Origin: an uncultured delta proteobacterium
Lineage (GTDB): Bacteria; Desulfobacterota; Binatia; UBA9968
DNA: 64,000 bases
Assembly (NCBI GenBank): GCA_963816145.1
Contig: CAWFJP010000013.1
Location: forward strand, 96,001-160,000
Reading direction: 5' to 3'
Within the stretch, counting starts at the first letter, position 1. Each line of letters opens with the position of its first letter. The notes beneath the pieces are model-generated. The model searched no databases and was not told the origin of the DNA. It saw only the letters and a program-made list of their open reading frames with translations. Made by a program: the position numbers and the translations under genes. Shown here piece by piece: positions 1 through 12,900 of this stretch.

Positions 1-49
1 AAAGAGCGGATTTATCAAGCGACTTTATGAGGGAAAGTAGGATTTGCTA

Positions 50-138
50 TCACCACGAAGGCACGAAGAGCACGAAGTTCGGAATTTTAATTGTCCGAAA
101 CCTTCGTGACCTTCGTGACCTTTGCGCCTTCGTGGTGA
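50..138. repeat. Intergenic palindrome, CACGAAG family
   Basis: 13-bp terminal inverted repeat TCACCACGAAGGC / GCCTTCGTGGTGA, with internal tandem CACGAAG and CTTCGTG units. Related copies at 15192-15272 and 43523-43826. Confidence 0.8.
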
Positions 139-181
139 AAATCTTGTTCAGTTACCCAGCGCAATAAGTCTAGCGCAAAGA

Positions 182-1228
182 TCACGCGCCTTTGCGGCCG
201 GTTTCCTTCAGCAGCTTGTCCCAGCGTTCCAGCTCCTTTTCGTATTTATCCAGTGGGTAGTCGCGTTCGGGGCGCCACTTTTTGAAGCCGTAATTGGTCG
301 ACGCGTTGCCGTAGTAATATTTTCCCAAAATCCCTTGGCCTTCGGGGCCGAGCAGGTAGTCGGCGAGCAGCAACGCGGCGTGCGGATGAGGCGGCTGGAC
401 TGCGACGGCGACGCCGCCGACGTTGGTCGGCACGACATCCATCGGCACCCATTCGACCGGCGCCCCCTTTTGCTGCGCGACGATCACATGATTGCGAAAG
501 ATCGCCGCGCCGGCGAGCAGTTCTCCCGACGCGATGAGATCGAGCAAGGCCGGCGGGATGATGGTATGTAGGGTAATCTCCTGGCCCTTCAATTTTTTCA
601 GTAGCTCCGGCCCGCGCGTTTTCAAGATCGCCGCGATCACTTTGGTGCTGGTATCGTCGAGGGTGAGACCCAGGCGGCCTTTAAGCGCGGGATGAAGCAG
701 GCCCTCGTAATTTTTCGGCACGGCATCTTTGGGCAGCAGGTTTTTATTGTAGCCGAAACCGATGTAGGACTCCCGCGCGGTGCCCCAAAAGTAGAGTCCC
801 CGCTCGCCTCTGACCTTGGCGTCCTCAGGATAGTTGGCGAAATACGGCGAGTGGTAGGGGCGCAGCAAAAACGCTTCGCGCTGGAACATCAGATTGGCTT
901 CGGTGGTTTCGATGGTATCGACGATTGGCTTCTTGGCCTTGGCTTCCTCGACCATTCGGTTGGTGATCTCGCCGCCGTTGGTGCGGTAGGCTTCGATCTT
1001 GACGCCCGCATACTTGGACTCAAAGGCTTTGATCATACCCTTGTAGGAGTCGCCGGCGAGCGATGTGTACCACGTTACTTTGCCCTCGGTCTTCGCCCCT
1101 GCATAAAGCACCGCTTCGCGGTCCTTGGCGTTGTAGGTGACCAGTTCGGAAATGGTCATCGGTTGGCGCTGGGCGAGCAACTCGTTGGGGAATACGATGG
1201 AGAGAATTAATAATAATAAAATCTGCAT
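182..1228 (-). CDS. ABC-type extracellular solute-binding protein (Fe3+/thiamine-binding-like family)
   Basis: Signal peptide, AKTEGKVTWYTS and PPHPHAALLLADYLLGPEGQ motifs, GGAGG RBS. Paralog of the next two genes. Confidence 0.85.
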   Translation of the reverse strand: MQILLLLILSIVFPNELLAQRQPMTISELVTYNAKDREAVLYAGAKTEGKVTWYTSLAGDSYKGMIKAFESKYAGVKIEAYRTNGGEITNRMVEEAKAKKPIVDTIETTEANLMFQREAFLLRPYHSPYFANYPEDAKVRGERGLYFWGTARESYIGFGYNKNLLPKDAVPKNYEGLLHPALKGRLGLTLDDTSTKVIAAILKTRGPELLKKLKGQEITLHTIIPPALLDLIASGELLAGAAIFRNHVIVAQQKGAPVEWVPMDVVPTNVGGVAVAVQPPHPHAALLLADYLLGPEGQGILGKYYYGNASTNYGFKKWRPERDYPLDKYEKELERWDKLLKETGRKGA

Positions 1229-1291
1229 CGTCGATGAACTCCTCCAATGACTTGTAGCGCGGTGGGTGCAGAGTCACAACCCCGGACGGCT

Positions 1292-2344
1292 TTACAGGGC
1301 GCGGCGGCTGATCTCTTTCAAGAGCTTTTCCCAGCGCTCCAGCTCTTTTTCGTATTTGTCGGTGGAGATGCCGTGGTCGGGGCGCCATTTTTTGAAGCCA
1401 AGATTTTTCGCTGCGCTGCCGTATTCATATTTGTCCAGGACCGCTTGGCCTTCAGGGCCGAGCAAATAGTCGGCCAACAGCAAGGCGGCGTGAGGGTGGG
1501 GCGGTTGCACCGCGATGGCGGCACCGCCGACGTTGGTTGGCACGATGTCCATCGGCACCCATTCCACCGGCGCGCCCTTGGCGATGGCGTTGAGCGTATG
1601 GTTGCGGAATATTCCCGGCGATGCCAGCACCTCTCCTGAAGCGATCAATTCCAACAGCGCCGGCGGAATGATCGTGTGCAGGGCGATTTCTTGCACCTTC
1701 AACTTTTTGACGAACTCTTGGCCCTTGGTGCGCAGCATGGCACCGATGACTTTGTAGGCGGGATCGCTCACGGACACGCCCATGCGGCCTTTGAGTTCGG
1801 GATGGAGCAGTCCTTCGTAGTTTTTCGGCACGGCATTCTTTGGCAGCAACTTCGTGTTGTAGGCAAAGCCGATATACGACTCGCGCGCGATGCCCCAGAA
1901 ATACAAACCGCGCTCGCCTTTTTCCTTGGCGTCTTCCGGATAACTCGCGAAGTGCGGCGAGTGGTAGGGCCGCAGGAGAAAGGCGTCGCGCATGAACATC
2001 AAATTGCCTTCGGTGGTTTCGACGGCATCGACGATGTAGCGCTTGGCCTTGGACTCCTCCATCATGCGCACGGTCATGTCGGAGCCCGATACGCGGTAAG
2101 CATCGAGCTTGACGCCGGGATATTTGGTTTCAAAGGCTTTGACCATGCCCTTGTACGAGTCGCCGGAGAGCGAGGTGTACCAGGTGACCTTGCCTTCGCT
2201 CTTGGCGCCGGCATAGAGCACCGCCTCGCGATCCTTGCCGTTGTAGGTGACCAGCTCGGCGATCGTCATCGGCTTGCGCACCTGAGCGCAGAGATGAGCC
2301 GGGTATAAGATCGATAACGCGGTTAGAATCATTAGAAAATGCAT
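1292..2344 (-). CDS. ABC-type extracellular solute-binding protein (paralog 2)
   Basis: Start moved to MHFLMIL at 2344 (GAGGAG RBS, signal peptide). Highly similar to 182-1228. Confidence 0.85.
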   Translation of the reverse strand: MHFLMILTALSILYPAHLCAQVRKPMTIAELVTYNGKDREAVLYAGAKSEGKVTWYTSLSGDSYKGMVKAFETKYPGVKLDAYRVSGSDMTVRMMEESKAKRYIVDAVETTEGNLMFMRDAFLLRPYHSPHFASYPEDAKEKGERGLYFWGIARESYIGFAYNTKLLPKNAVPKNYEGLLHPELKGRMGVSVSDPAYKVIGAMLRTKGQEFVKKLKVQEIALHTIIPPALLELIASGEVLASPGIFRNHTLNAIAKGAPVEWVPMDIVPTNVGGAAIAVQPPHPHAALLLADYLLGPEGQAVLDKYEYGSAAKNLGFKKWRPDHGISTDKYEKELERWEKLLKEISRRAL

Positions 2345-2366
2345 CGCGGTGTTCTCCTCTGAGTTG

Positions 2367-3416
2367 TTAACGTTGAGTGATTTCCTTGGCGAGCTTTTCC
2401 CACTTCTCGCTGTCCTTCTCGAATTGTTCGAGAGAGCGGCCGAAGCCGGGGTGCCATCGTTTGAAGGGCAGATTGTTGGACGGATGACCGTACTGATATT
2501 TCTCCAACACTCTGCGCGCTTCGGCGCCGAGCATGAAGTCGACAAACAGTGTCGCCGCGTGCGGGTGTGGCGGCTGGGCGCTGAGACTCATGCAGCCGGA
2601 GTTGGTCGGCACCAGCTCCATCGGTACCCAGCTCGCCGGCGAGCCGCGCTCCGCCGAGACCATGGCGTGATTGCGATAGATGTGAAACGACGCGCCGAGC
2701 TCTCCCGACGCCATTAAGTCCACCAGCGCGGCGCTGCTGACGGTGTAGACGCGGATCTGCTGCGCTTTAAGTTTCTTGACGAACGCTTCGCCCTTGATCT
2801 TGATCATGGCGCCGATCATGCGCGCCGAGCTTTCATTGAGCGTGATGCCCATTTTGCCTTTGAGCTGCGGATGGAGCAGACCGTCGAAACCTTTGGGCAC
2901 TGCATTGGCCGATACTTGCTCCCTGCTGAAACCGAACCCCATGTACGACTCGCGAAAAATCGTCCAGAACGTCAGGCCGGCATCGGCCTTCTCTTTGGCT
3001 TCGCTGGGGTAGCCGGCGAGCAGCGGTGAATTGTACGGCCGGGTGAGGCCGTAGGCCTTCGACACCATTGTGAAATCGTACGTCGTTTCGAGCGTGTCCA
3101 TGGTCGACCGGCGCGCTTTGGTTTCCTCCGACATGCGCGCGACCAGGTCGCTGCCGCCGGCGCGAAAAGCTTCGACGCGCACTCCGGGATATTTTGTCTC
3201 AAATGCGCGCGACAGTGCCTTGTACGAGTCGCCTGCCAGCGAGGTGTACCAGGTGATCACACCTTCGCCCTTGGCGCCGGCGTAAAGCATCTGCTCGCGA
3301 TCGGCGCCCATGTAAGTGGAAATTTCCGACACGGTAGCGGGGGGTTTGCGCGGCTGAGATAAAAGCTCCGAGTAGGTCACTAGGAGAAGGATAAGGCTAA
3401 GGAATATCACTCCCAT
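2367..3416 (-). CDS. ABC-type extracellular solute-binding protein (paralog 3)
   Basis: Same family motifs (GAKGEGVITWYTS, PPHPHAATLFVDFMLG) and a signal peptide. Confidence 0.85.
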   Translation of the reverse strand: MGVIFLSLILLLVTYSELLSQPRKPPATVSEISTYMGADREQMLYAGAKGEGVITWYTSLAGDSYKALSRAFETKYPGVRVEAFRAGGSDLVARMSEETKARRSTMDTLETTYDFTMVSKAYGLTRPYNSPLLAGYPSEAKEKADAGLTFWTIFRESYMGFGFSREQVSANAVPKGFDGLLHPQLKGKMGITLNESSARMIGAMIKIKGEAFVKKLKAQQIRVYTVSSAALVDLMASGELGASFHIYRNHAMVSAERGSPASWVPMELVPTNSGCMSLSAQPPHPHAATLFVDFMLGAEARRVLEKYQYGHPSNNLPFKRWHPGFGRSLEQFEKDSEKWEKLAKEITQR

Positions 3417-3983
3417 GATTTTGCCATTTGCATCGCATGTATCTTTTTATTGATTCGCTAGTCCAACCCTGGCCGCCGGTTAACTTACAACTTCAACGAC
3501 GCTGACGACAAGCGACAGTTCACTAATTCTTCAACACCTAATCAATATCCTGGCCGCTTTGGTCCCCAGTCGCGATCTCGTATGTGGTGCGATTGGCATC
3601 ATGAAGCAGTCTGGCGAGAAAATACGATCGTGCGCCATTGGCAGCAGAGCCGTGCCTGGGCGAGAACACACTTTTGGTCACATTAGGTCATTTTTGTACA
3701 AGATAAGATATGGGTGCGCATCTAAGCAAGTCTCAGGACTCCTCGAGACCTGGGTCATGGCCGGCTTTGCATAATCACTTCTGTTAGACAGAAAGAATTG
3801 GCGGTCTAAAGAGTTTTTACGCCTATTCGAGACATTGCGAGTCTCGGCTCTTGCGCGCCACTAAGGCAATCGCCGTTGGCATAGTCCACTATTCGCTGGA
3901 GACTCAGTCGGGTTTTTTACTACGCTTGCGCTCATCAACGCTGGTAGGACTCTTGCACTTCTTTCGATACTTCAAGGCGGGAT

Positions 3984-6900
3984 TTGCCGCAAAACCGACG
4001 GAAAAACTTCTTGAAGAAGTCATCTTTGTTGCTACAAAAGCGAGCCTGTTTACTAGCCACATGCTTGGTTTTGACGGCGTTCGCGTTTCTCTCTCGAGCT
4101 TATGCGGCCACCATCACTTCAGCGGCGACGGGGAACTGGGGCACTGGGGCAACCTGGGTCGGCGGCGTAGCGCCTGTGGCAGGTGACAATGCCGTGATTG
4201 CAAACGGCCATACGGTCTCATTGACCGCTGCGTCGTCCATCACCGACATCATTATCAACAATGGCGGTGTTCTGGCAGGGAGCACCCGTCGGCTGACGGC
4301 TTCGGGTAATTACACCAACAACGGTACGCATAGTGGCACCGGTGGTGTGACCCTCACCGGCACCAATACCACTATCAACGGAACCGGAACGACTTCGAAT
4401 ACCGGAACCTTCATTGTTCAAACCGGTAACAAGTCCGTTGCCGCGGCAGCCAACTTGACGATCGCCGGCGCCATCACCATTACCGGCGCGATCACGGTGA
4501 CCAACAACGGCACGATCACCGGCACCAGCACAAGCGCCATGACCGGATCAGTGGCTAGCAGCACCTGGGTCAACGCTGTCAATGCGACGCTGAATATTGC
4601 CGCATCCGCTGTATTGGCGACGGGTACACTCGACGCCGCTGCCAACCCCAATACCGTCAACTACGACCGCGGCGGCAATCAAACGATCAAGGGGACCACC
4701 TACCATCACCTCACCGTGAGCACCGGCGGCACCAAGACAGCCGGCGCCGCGCTTACGGTGAACGGCGATGTTACCATCGGCGCCGGAGCGACGCTGGCGC
4801 TTGGCAGCTTCAGTCACTCGTTCAAGGCGAGTATCACGAATAACGGAGCCTTAACCGCATCAACGAGCACCGTGACATTGAATGGCTCAGCCACACAAAC
4901 CATCAGCGGCTCTTCCGCCACATCGTTCTATAATCTCACCATCAACAACATGAACGGAATTTCACTCAGCAGAGCTGCGACTGTCACCCGTACGCTGACA
5001 TTTACCAGTGGTAACGTTATGACCGGTGTCAACGCACTGACTCTCAGCTCGACCGGCTCGGTCTCGCGCACCAGCGGACATGTGGTCGGTAATTTCCAGA
5101 AAAACATCGCAACGGGAGCTACGTCGAAAACATATGAGATCGGCGATGCAACTAATTACACGCCGGTCAGTGTGGTGTTCGGCAGCGTTACCGTTGCGGG
5201 CAATCTTACGGCATCCACAGCTGCGGGTGACCACGCAAACATCGGTGCCACGCCGATCGATAGTGCAAAGAGCGTTAATCGCACCTGGACGATGACAAAC
5301 ACCGGAATCACGTTCACCAACTATAGCGCGACGTTCACTTTCGTGCCGGGAGATATCGATGCTGGCGCAAACACGAGCAACTTCGGTGTTGGAAAATACG
5401 CCAGCGGGTCGTGGAGCTATCCAACGGTCGGTACGAAAACAGCCACGACTACACAGATGACGGGGGTCACATCATTCGGCGATTATCAGATTGGCGAATT
5501 GCCAACGGTAGCCTTCAGTGCAACGACCTCCAGTGGATCTGAATCCGTCACCGCTGTATCGATTCCGGTGTCGTTGACCCCAAGCGCGAGCCAGACAGTG
5601 ACGGTGGATTACGCTGTGACCGGCGGAACAGCCACGGGAGGCGGAGTCGACTACACGTTCGCCAACGGGACGTTAACCTTTACAGCGGGTCAGACTAGCC
5701 AGAACATTTCGCTCACAGCGGTGAACGACACTCTGGACGAAGTGAACGAGACAATTCAGATTACCTTGTCGAATCCGGTAAACGCCGTTTTGGGCGCTAA
5801 TACCGTCCATACCTACACGATCAACGATGATGATGCAGTGCCGACGGTAACGCTGTCTTTGACTGGCAGTCCGATGGCGGAGGCGGCCGGTGTGGCGACG
5901 GTCAGCGCCACTTTATCGGCTGTGTCAGGGCAAAATGTCACGGTGAATTTGAGTTTTAGCGGTACCGCCACACTGACCAGCGATTACACGCGCTCCGGCA
6001 CGTCAATCACGATTCCGGCCGGCAGCACGACGGGAAGCATCACGCTTACAGCGGTTCAAGACAGTATCGACGAGGCAAATGAGACGATTATCGTTGACAT
6101 CAGCACGGTGACCAACGGCACCGAATCGGGCACTCAGCGAGTAACCGCGACGATCACCGACGACGACCCGGTCCCAACGGTAACGCTATCTATGACTGGC
6201 GGTCCGATGGCGGAGGCTGGGGGTGTGGCGACGGTCACCGCCGCTTTATCGGCTGTATCGGGAAGAAGTGTCACGGTGAATTTGAGTTTCAGCGGGACTG
6301 CCACACTGACGAGCGACTACACGCGCTCCGGCACGTCAATCACGATTCCGGCCGGTAGCACGACGGGAAGCATCACGTTAACGGCCGTACAAGACAGCAT
6401 CGACGAGCCCAACGAGACGATCATCGTTGACATCAACACGGTGACCAACGGCACGGAATCGGGCACTCAGCAAGTAACCGCGACGATCACCGACGACGAT
6501 GCGGCGCCGACCGTGTCGCTGTCCTTGACTGGCAGTCCAATGGCGGAGGCGGCCGGTGTGGCGACGGTCATTGCGACTTTGTCTGCTGTTTCCGGGCAAG
6601 TTGTCACAGTTGATCTTTCTTTTTCCGGAACCGCTACACTGACGAGCGACTACACGCGCTCCGGCACGTCGATCACGATTCCAGCTGGCAGCACGACGGG
6701 AAGCATCACGCTTACAGCGGTTCAAGACAGCATCGACGAACCCAACGAGACGATCATCGTTGACATCAACACGGTCACCAACGGCACGGAATCGGGCACT
6801 CAGCAAGTAACCGCGACGATCACCGACGACGATGCCGTGCCGACGGTGTCGCTGTCCTTGACTGGCAGTCCGATGGCGGAGGCGGCCGGTGTGGCGACGG

Positions 6901-9900
6901 TCACTGCGACACTGTCGGCAGTGTCCGGCCAGGATGTGACGGTTAATCTCGGTTTTTCCGGAACTGCAACGATCAATACCGACTACTCGGCTAGCGCCCC
7001 GTCGATCACGATCACAGCAGGTAGCACCACGGCTTCGATCACCCTGACCGCGATCCAGGATTCCATTGATGAAACGAACGAGACTATCGTTGTCGATATA
7101 GCGACCGTGACGAATGGAACAGAGTCGGGGACTCAACAAGTCACAGCGACGATCGTGGATGATGATGCAGCGCCGACAGTGACTTTGTCACTGATTGGTA
7201 GTCCGATGGCGGAGGCAGGAGGAGTGGCGACGGTCACTGCGACACTGTCGGCAGTGTCCGGCCAGGATGTGACGGTTAATCTCGGTTTTTCCGGAACTGC
7301 AACGATCAATATCGATTATACAGCGAGTGCTTCATCGATCACGATAACGGCGGGGAATACGACCGGTTCGATCACGCTGACGGCCATCCAAGACGCGGTC
7401 AATGAGCCGATTGAGACGATCGTGGTGGATATCACCACAGTCACGAATGGGACCGAGTCCGGAACGCAGCAGGTCACCGCGACAATCACCGATGACGATG
7501 CAGCACCGACGGTGACGTTGTCGATCAGCGGCAGTACGATGGCGGAAGCGATGGGAGTGGCGACGGTCACGGCGACATTGTCGGCGGTGTCAGGTCAAAA
7601 CGTTACGGTGAATCTGCTTTTTTCTGGCACGGCCACGGTGACTTCGGACTACACACGTTCAGGAACGTCGATCGGCATCCCTGCCGGAAGCACAACCGGA
7701 AGCATTGCTTTAACGGCGGTTCAGGATTCGATCGACGAACCCAATGAAACGATCATCGTCGATATCGATACGGTAACCAACGCCACGGAGTCCGGCACGC
7801 AGCAGGTGTCGGCGACAATCACCGATGACGATCCGCCACCGAGCGTGGCGTTCGATGTCACGACTTCGAGCGGCTTGGAATCGGTGACGCCGGCGAATCT
7901 CTCGGTGTCGCTGTCGACTGCCTCTGGCCAGATGGTGACCATTGAATATGCAGTGAGTGGCGGGACGGCCACGGGAGGAGGAGTAGACTATACTCTCGCA
8001 AGCGGGACGTTGATCTTTGCAGCAGGTCAAACCAATAAAATGCTCCCGATAACGATTGTCAATGATGCCTTGGATGAAGCCAATGAGACGATTCAAGTCA
8101 CGCTGGCCAATCCAACCAACGCCACACTAGGCACGAACACGGCCCACACCTATACGATCACGGATGACGACCCGCCGCCATCTGTGGCATTCGATGCGAC
8201 GAGTTCTAGCGGCTCGGAGAACGTGACTTCGGTCAACCTACCGGTATCCTTGTCTACGGCATCAGGTCAGACGGTCATGGTTGACTATGCGGTCACCGGC
8301 GGCACCGCGACCGGTGGGGGAGTCGACTATACATTGGCTGCCGGCACGTTGATATTCACAGCCGGAACGACCACACAGAATATCGCGCTGACGGTCGCGG
8401 ACGACGCACTCGATGAGGCCAATGAAACGATTCAGATCACTTTGTCGACGCCGCTCAATGCGACCTTGGGTGCAAACACGGTGCACACGTACACCATCAG
8501 CGATGAAGATGTGACGCCAACGGTTGCGTTTAATGCTACGACTTCCAGTGGCGCTGAGTCGGTAACTGCGGTGACGATTCCGGTCTCCTTGTCTACCGCG
8601 TCAGGACAGACGGTGACTATCGATTACGCAGTAACGGGGGGCACGGCGACCGGCGGCGGGTTGGATTACACGTTGGCCGCCGGCACGTTGACTTTTACAG
8701 CGGGTACGACCTCCCATAACCTAGCGATCACGGTTGTGGACGACGCCCTCGATGAAGCGGATGAAACGATCCAGATTACCTTGACCAATCCGACCAACGC
8801 GACATTGGGCGCGAACGCAGTTCACACGTATACAATCAACGATAACGACACTGCGCCGACAGTGGCATTTAATGCGACGACATCGAGCGGGGCGGAATCC
8901 GTCACCTCGGTGACGGTCCCAGTTTCCCTCTCAGCTGCCTCGGGTCAGACTATCACGGTGGATTATGCCGTTACGGGTGGGATGGCGACCGGCGGTGGAG
9001 TTGACTACACCCTGGCCAATGGCACGCTGACGTTCACGGCAGGAATCACTGGTCAGAATATTTCGATTACAGTCGTGAACGACGCCCTCGATGAAGCGGA
9101 CGAAACGATCCAGATCACGTTGGCCAATCCGAGCAATGCGACGTTGGGAACCAACACGGCTCATACCTATACGATCACGGATGACGATCCGCCACCGAGC
9201 GTGGCGTTCGATGTCACGACTTCGAGCGGCTTGGAATCGGTGACGCCGGCGAATCTCTCGGTGTCGCTGTCGACTGCCTCTGGCCAGATGGTGACCATTG
9301 AATATGCAGTGAGTGGCGGGACGGCCACGGGAGGAGGAGTAGACTATACTCTCGCAAGCGGGACGTTGATCTTTGCAGCAGGTCAAACCAATAAAATGCT
9401 CCCGATAACGATTGTCAATGATGCCTTGGATGAAGCCAATGAGACGATTCAAGTCACGCTGGCCAATCCAACCAACGCCACACTAGGCACGAACACGGCC
9501 CACACCTATACGATCACGGATGACGATCCGCCGCCGAGCGTGGCTTTCGATGCAACCAGCTCCAGCGGTTTGGAGTCGGTAGCGTCAGTCAATATTCCGG
9601 TCAGCCTTGCCGCGGTTTCTGGTCAGACCGTAATGGTCGATTATGCGGTAACTGGTGGCACCGCCACCGGCGGGGGGGTCGACTACGCCCTGGCCAACGG
9701 CACGCTCATTTTTACAGCCGGAACGACTGTGCAGAATATTGCTTTGACGATCGCAGACGACGGACTCGATGAGACCAATGAAACGATTCAGATCACGTTG
9801 TCCAATCCGCTCAACGCAACTTTGGGAACCAACACGGATCATACCTATACGATTCTCGACGAAGACACGACGCCGACGGTGGCATTCAATGGGACGACTT

Positions 9901-12900
9901 CCAGTGCTGTCGAGTCGGTAACGTCAGTGACGATTCCACTTTCCCTATCAGCCCCTTCTGGGCTGACCGTCACGGTCGATTACGCGGTTACCGGAGGCAC
10001 GGCCACTGGTGGCGGGGTGGATTACACGTTGGCCGCGGGCACGTTGACTTTTACGCCTGGGGTAACCACGCAGAATATTCCTATCACTGTGGTGAACGAC
10101 ACGCTGGACGAATCGGACGAGACCATTCAGATTACCTTGTCCAATCCAAGCAATGCGATTCTCGGTGCCAACGCCGTTCACACCTATACGATCCTCGATG
10201 ACGACGCGACGCCGACGGTGGCTTTTAGCACGGCCAGCTCCAGCGGTTTGGAATCGGTGACATCGGTGATGTTGCCGATTACTTTATCTGGAGCATCCGG
10301 CCAAACTGTGACGGTGGATTATGCCGTTACGGGTGGGACGGCGACGGGCGGTGGAGTCGACTACACCCTGGCCAGTGGCACGTCGACGTTCACGGCAGGA
10401 ACCACTAGTCAGAATATTTCTATTACAGTGGTGAATGATGCCCTTGATGAGGCGGACGAAACCATTCAAATCACACTGGCCAATCCTACCAATGCGACGT
10501 TAGGCGTTAGTACGCTTCACACCTACACGATCACCGATGATGATACGCCGCCGTTGCTAGCTTTTGGTTCTGCTAGTTCGAACGGCTTAGAATCGGTAGC
10601 TACAGTAACTATCCCGGTAACCCTCTCTCCTGCCTCAGGTCTGACGGTGACGGTGGATTACGCTGTGAGCGGTGGCACAGCCAGCGGCGGCGGTGTCGAT
10701 TATACGCTGGTCAATGGGACGCTGACGTTCACGGCTGGAGTCACGACGCAGAATATTTCACTCACCGTGGTCAATGACACACTCGCCGAAGCCAACGAAA
10801 CCATCCAGTTGTCGTTGTCGAACCCGACCAACGGGACACTCGGAGCAACAACCGTGCATACGTATACGATTACCGACGATGACATTGCGCCGGCGCTAAC
10901 GATCGGCGATGTGACGGTCACAGAAGGAAACTCCGGCACGGTCAACGCCGTATTTACCGTAACACTGTCGGCAGCTTCGGGGCAGACCGTGACGGTGGAT
11001 TATGTCACGGCCAGCAATACTGCCACTGGCGGCGCTAGCTGCGCTGCTGGGATCGATTATGTCAGCACCAGCGGCACGCTCACGTTCACCGCAGGGCAGA
11101 CTACCAGGACGGCGACCGTGGCGGTATGCGGTGACACACTCAGTGAAGCGAATGAGACTTTCTTGGTCGATCTCAGCAATGCCGTCAATGCCACGATATC
11201 AGATAGTCACGGGCAAGGTACCATTACAGACGACGATGCGGCACCTACGGTGAGCTTATTGTTAGCGGGAGCGTCCATGGCCGAAGCCGGAGGCCTCGCG
11301 ACAGTTACCGCAACTCTGTCCGCCGTTTCTGCGCAAACGGTCACTGTCGTGCTGAGTTTCTCCGGCACAGCAACCTCGAATGTCGATTACAGTCCGTCGG
11401 CGGCCTCAATTGTCATTGGGCCGGGTAGTTTGAGCGGTAGCGTGACACTGACGGCGATACAAGATGCGCTTGTCGAAGGCAATGAAACGATAATTGTTGG
11501 CATGGGTGTGGTGACCAACGCAACGCCCACGGGCACGCAACAGGTCATGGCAACTATTATCGACGACGATACCCCGCCGATCGCCCTCAATCTCAGCATC
11601 GACGATGCACCAGATCCGGTCCAGGCCGGTGGGCAAATCACCTACATGCTAACGTACAGCAACCCGACGAGCGCCAATCAGATCGGTCCGGGCGCAACTT
11701 TGATTAGTGTATTGCCGGCGAACACGACATTCGTGTCAGCCAGCAACGGCGGGACCTACGCCACCGGGGCGGTGACATGGAGCTTGGGCGATCTGTCGCC
11801 GGGATCGGGCGGAACGCGAACGCTAGTCGTGCAAGTGGTTGCGCCGTTGGCGAATGGAACGGTGTTAACACATCAGGCAACGCTGCAGGATACCTTGGGC
11901 GATAGCGCCACGGCGAATCAAACAACCACGGTGCAAAACGCGGCGGCGCTCGCATTATCCATAAGTGACAGTCCAGACCCCGTGCCGGCGGGCGGGCAAA
12001 TCACCTACACCTATACGTTCAGTAACTTGTCGTCAGGGAATCAAACTGCGGTTGGGACGGTGATCGTGGTGACCTTGCCGAACGAGACAACTTTTGTATC
12101 GGCAAGTAATGGCGGCACGTTGGCCGCAGGCGTAATAAGTTGGCCGATCGGCAATCTCGCCCCCGGAGCCAGCGGTAGCCGAACCCTGGTGGTATTGGTC
12201 AATTCACCTTTGGCTAACGGTACATTGATAACCGAGGATGCGGCGATTCAAGACGCCGCCCTAAATAGCGCCAATGCCAACCAGACGACGACTGTTCACA
12301 GCGCGCCGTTGCTGTCGCTGACAACCAGCGATAGTCCGGACCCAGTGCAAGCCGGCGGTCAGATCACTTACACACTGACGTTCAGGAATTCGAGCAATAC
12401 CAATCAGACTGCATCGGCTGTGACGCTGACGAATACACTGCCAAAAAACACGACGTTTGTCTCGGCCAGCGACGGCGGTTCGCTGGCGGGCAACGCGGTT
12501 ACTTGGACGATCGGCAGCCTCGCTGCCGGCGCGTCGGGCAGCAGAACATTGGTGGTCAAGGTGGCTTCGCCATTGCCGAACGGCACGTTGCTTAACAATC
12601 TGGCAACCATTTCCGATAGCGCTGGTGGTAGTGCCAACTCTCAGATCATCACGACGGTGGGTGAGACGGGAGGCGTTGGTGGAGGTGGTATCGCGTCGAC
12701 ACCCACGACCTCAAGCGTGCCCAGCGCGTCGAGCTTCGCAAGTAGTGCAGCACCTACGCCATCGATTGCGCTCGAACCCTTCAGCGAAGCGCCTCCAGCT
12801 GAGCCAATTTCCAGGCCAGCGCCGGCGGTGCAGAATCAAATAACGAGTTTGCCGACTCGTACCCCAGACGCCTGTACGTCTACATCACACTTATCACTGG

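Noticed and set aside
3780-3920. c-di-GMP riboswitch or sigma-54 promoter upstream of the giant gene
   Set aside because: Only a GGTCTAAAG fragment and weak hairpins are present; the GGCAAA...GACGCAAA core is absent, and no good -24/-12 consensus with correct spacing was found.
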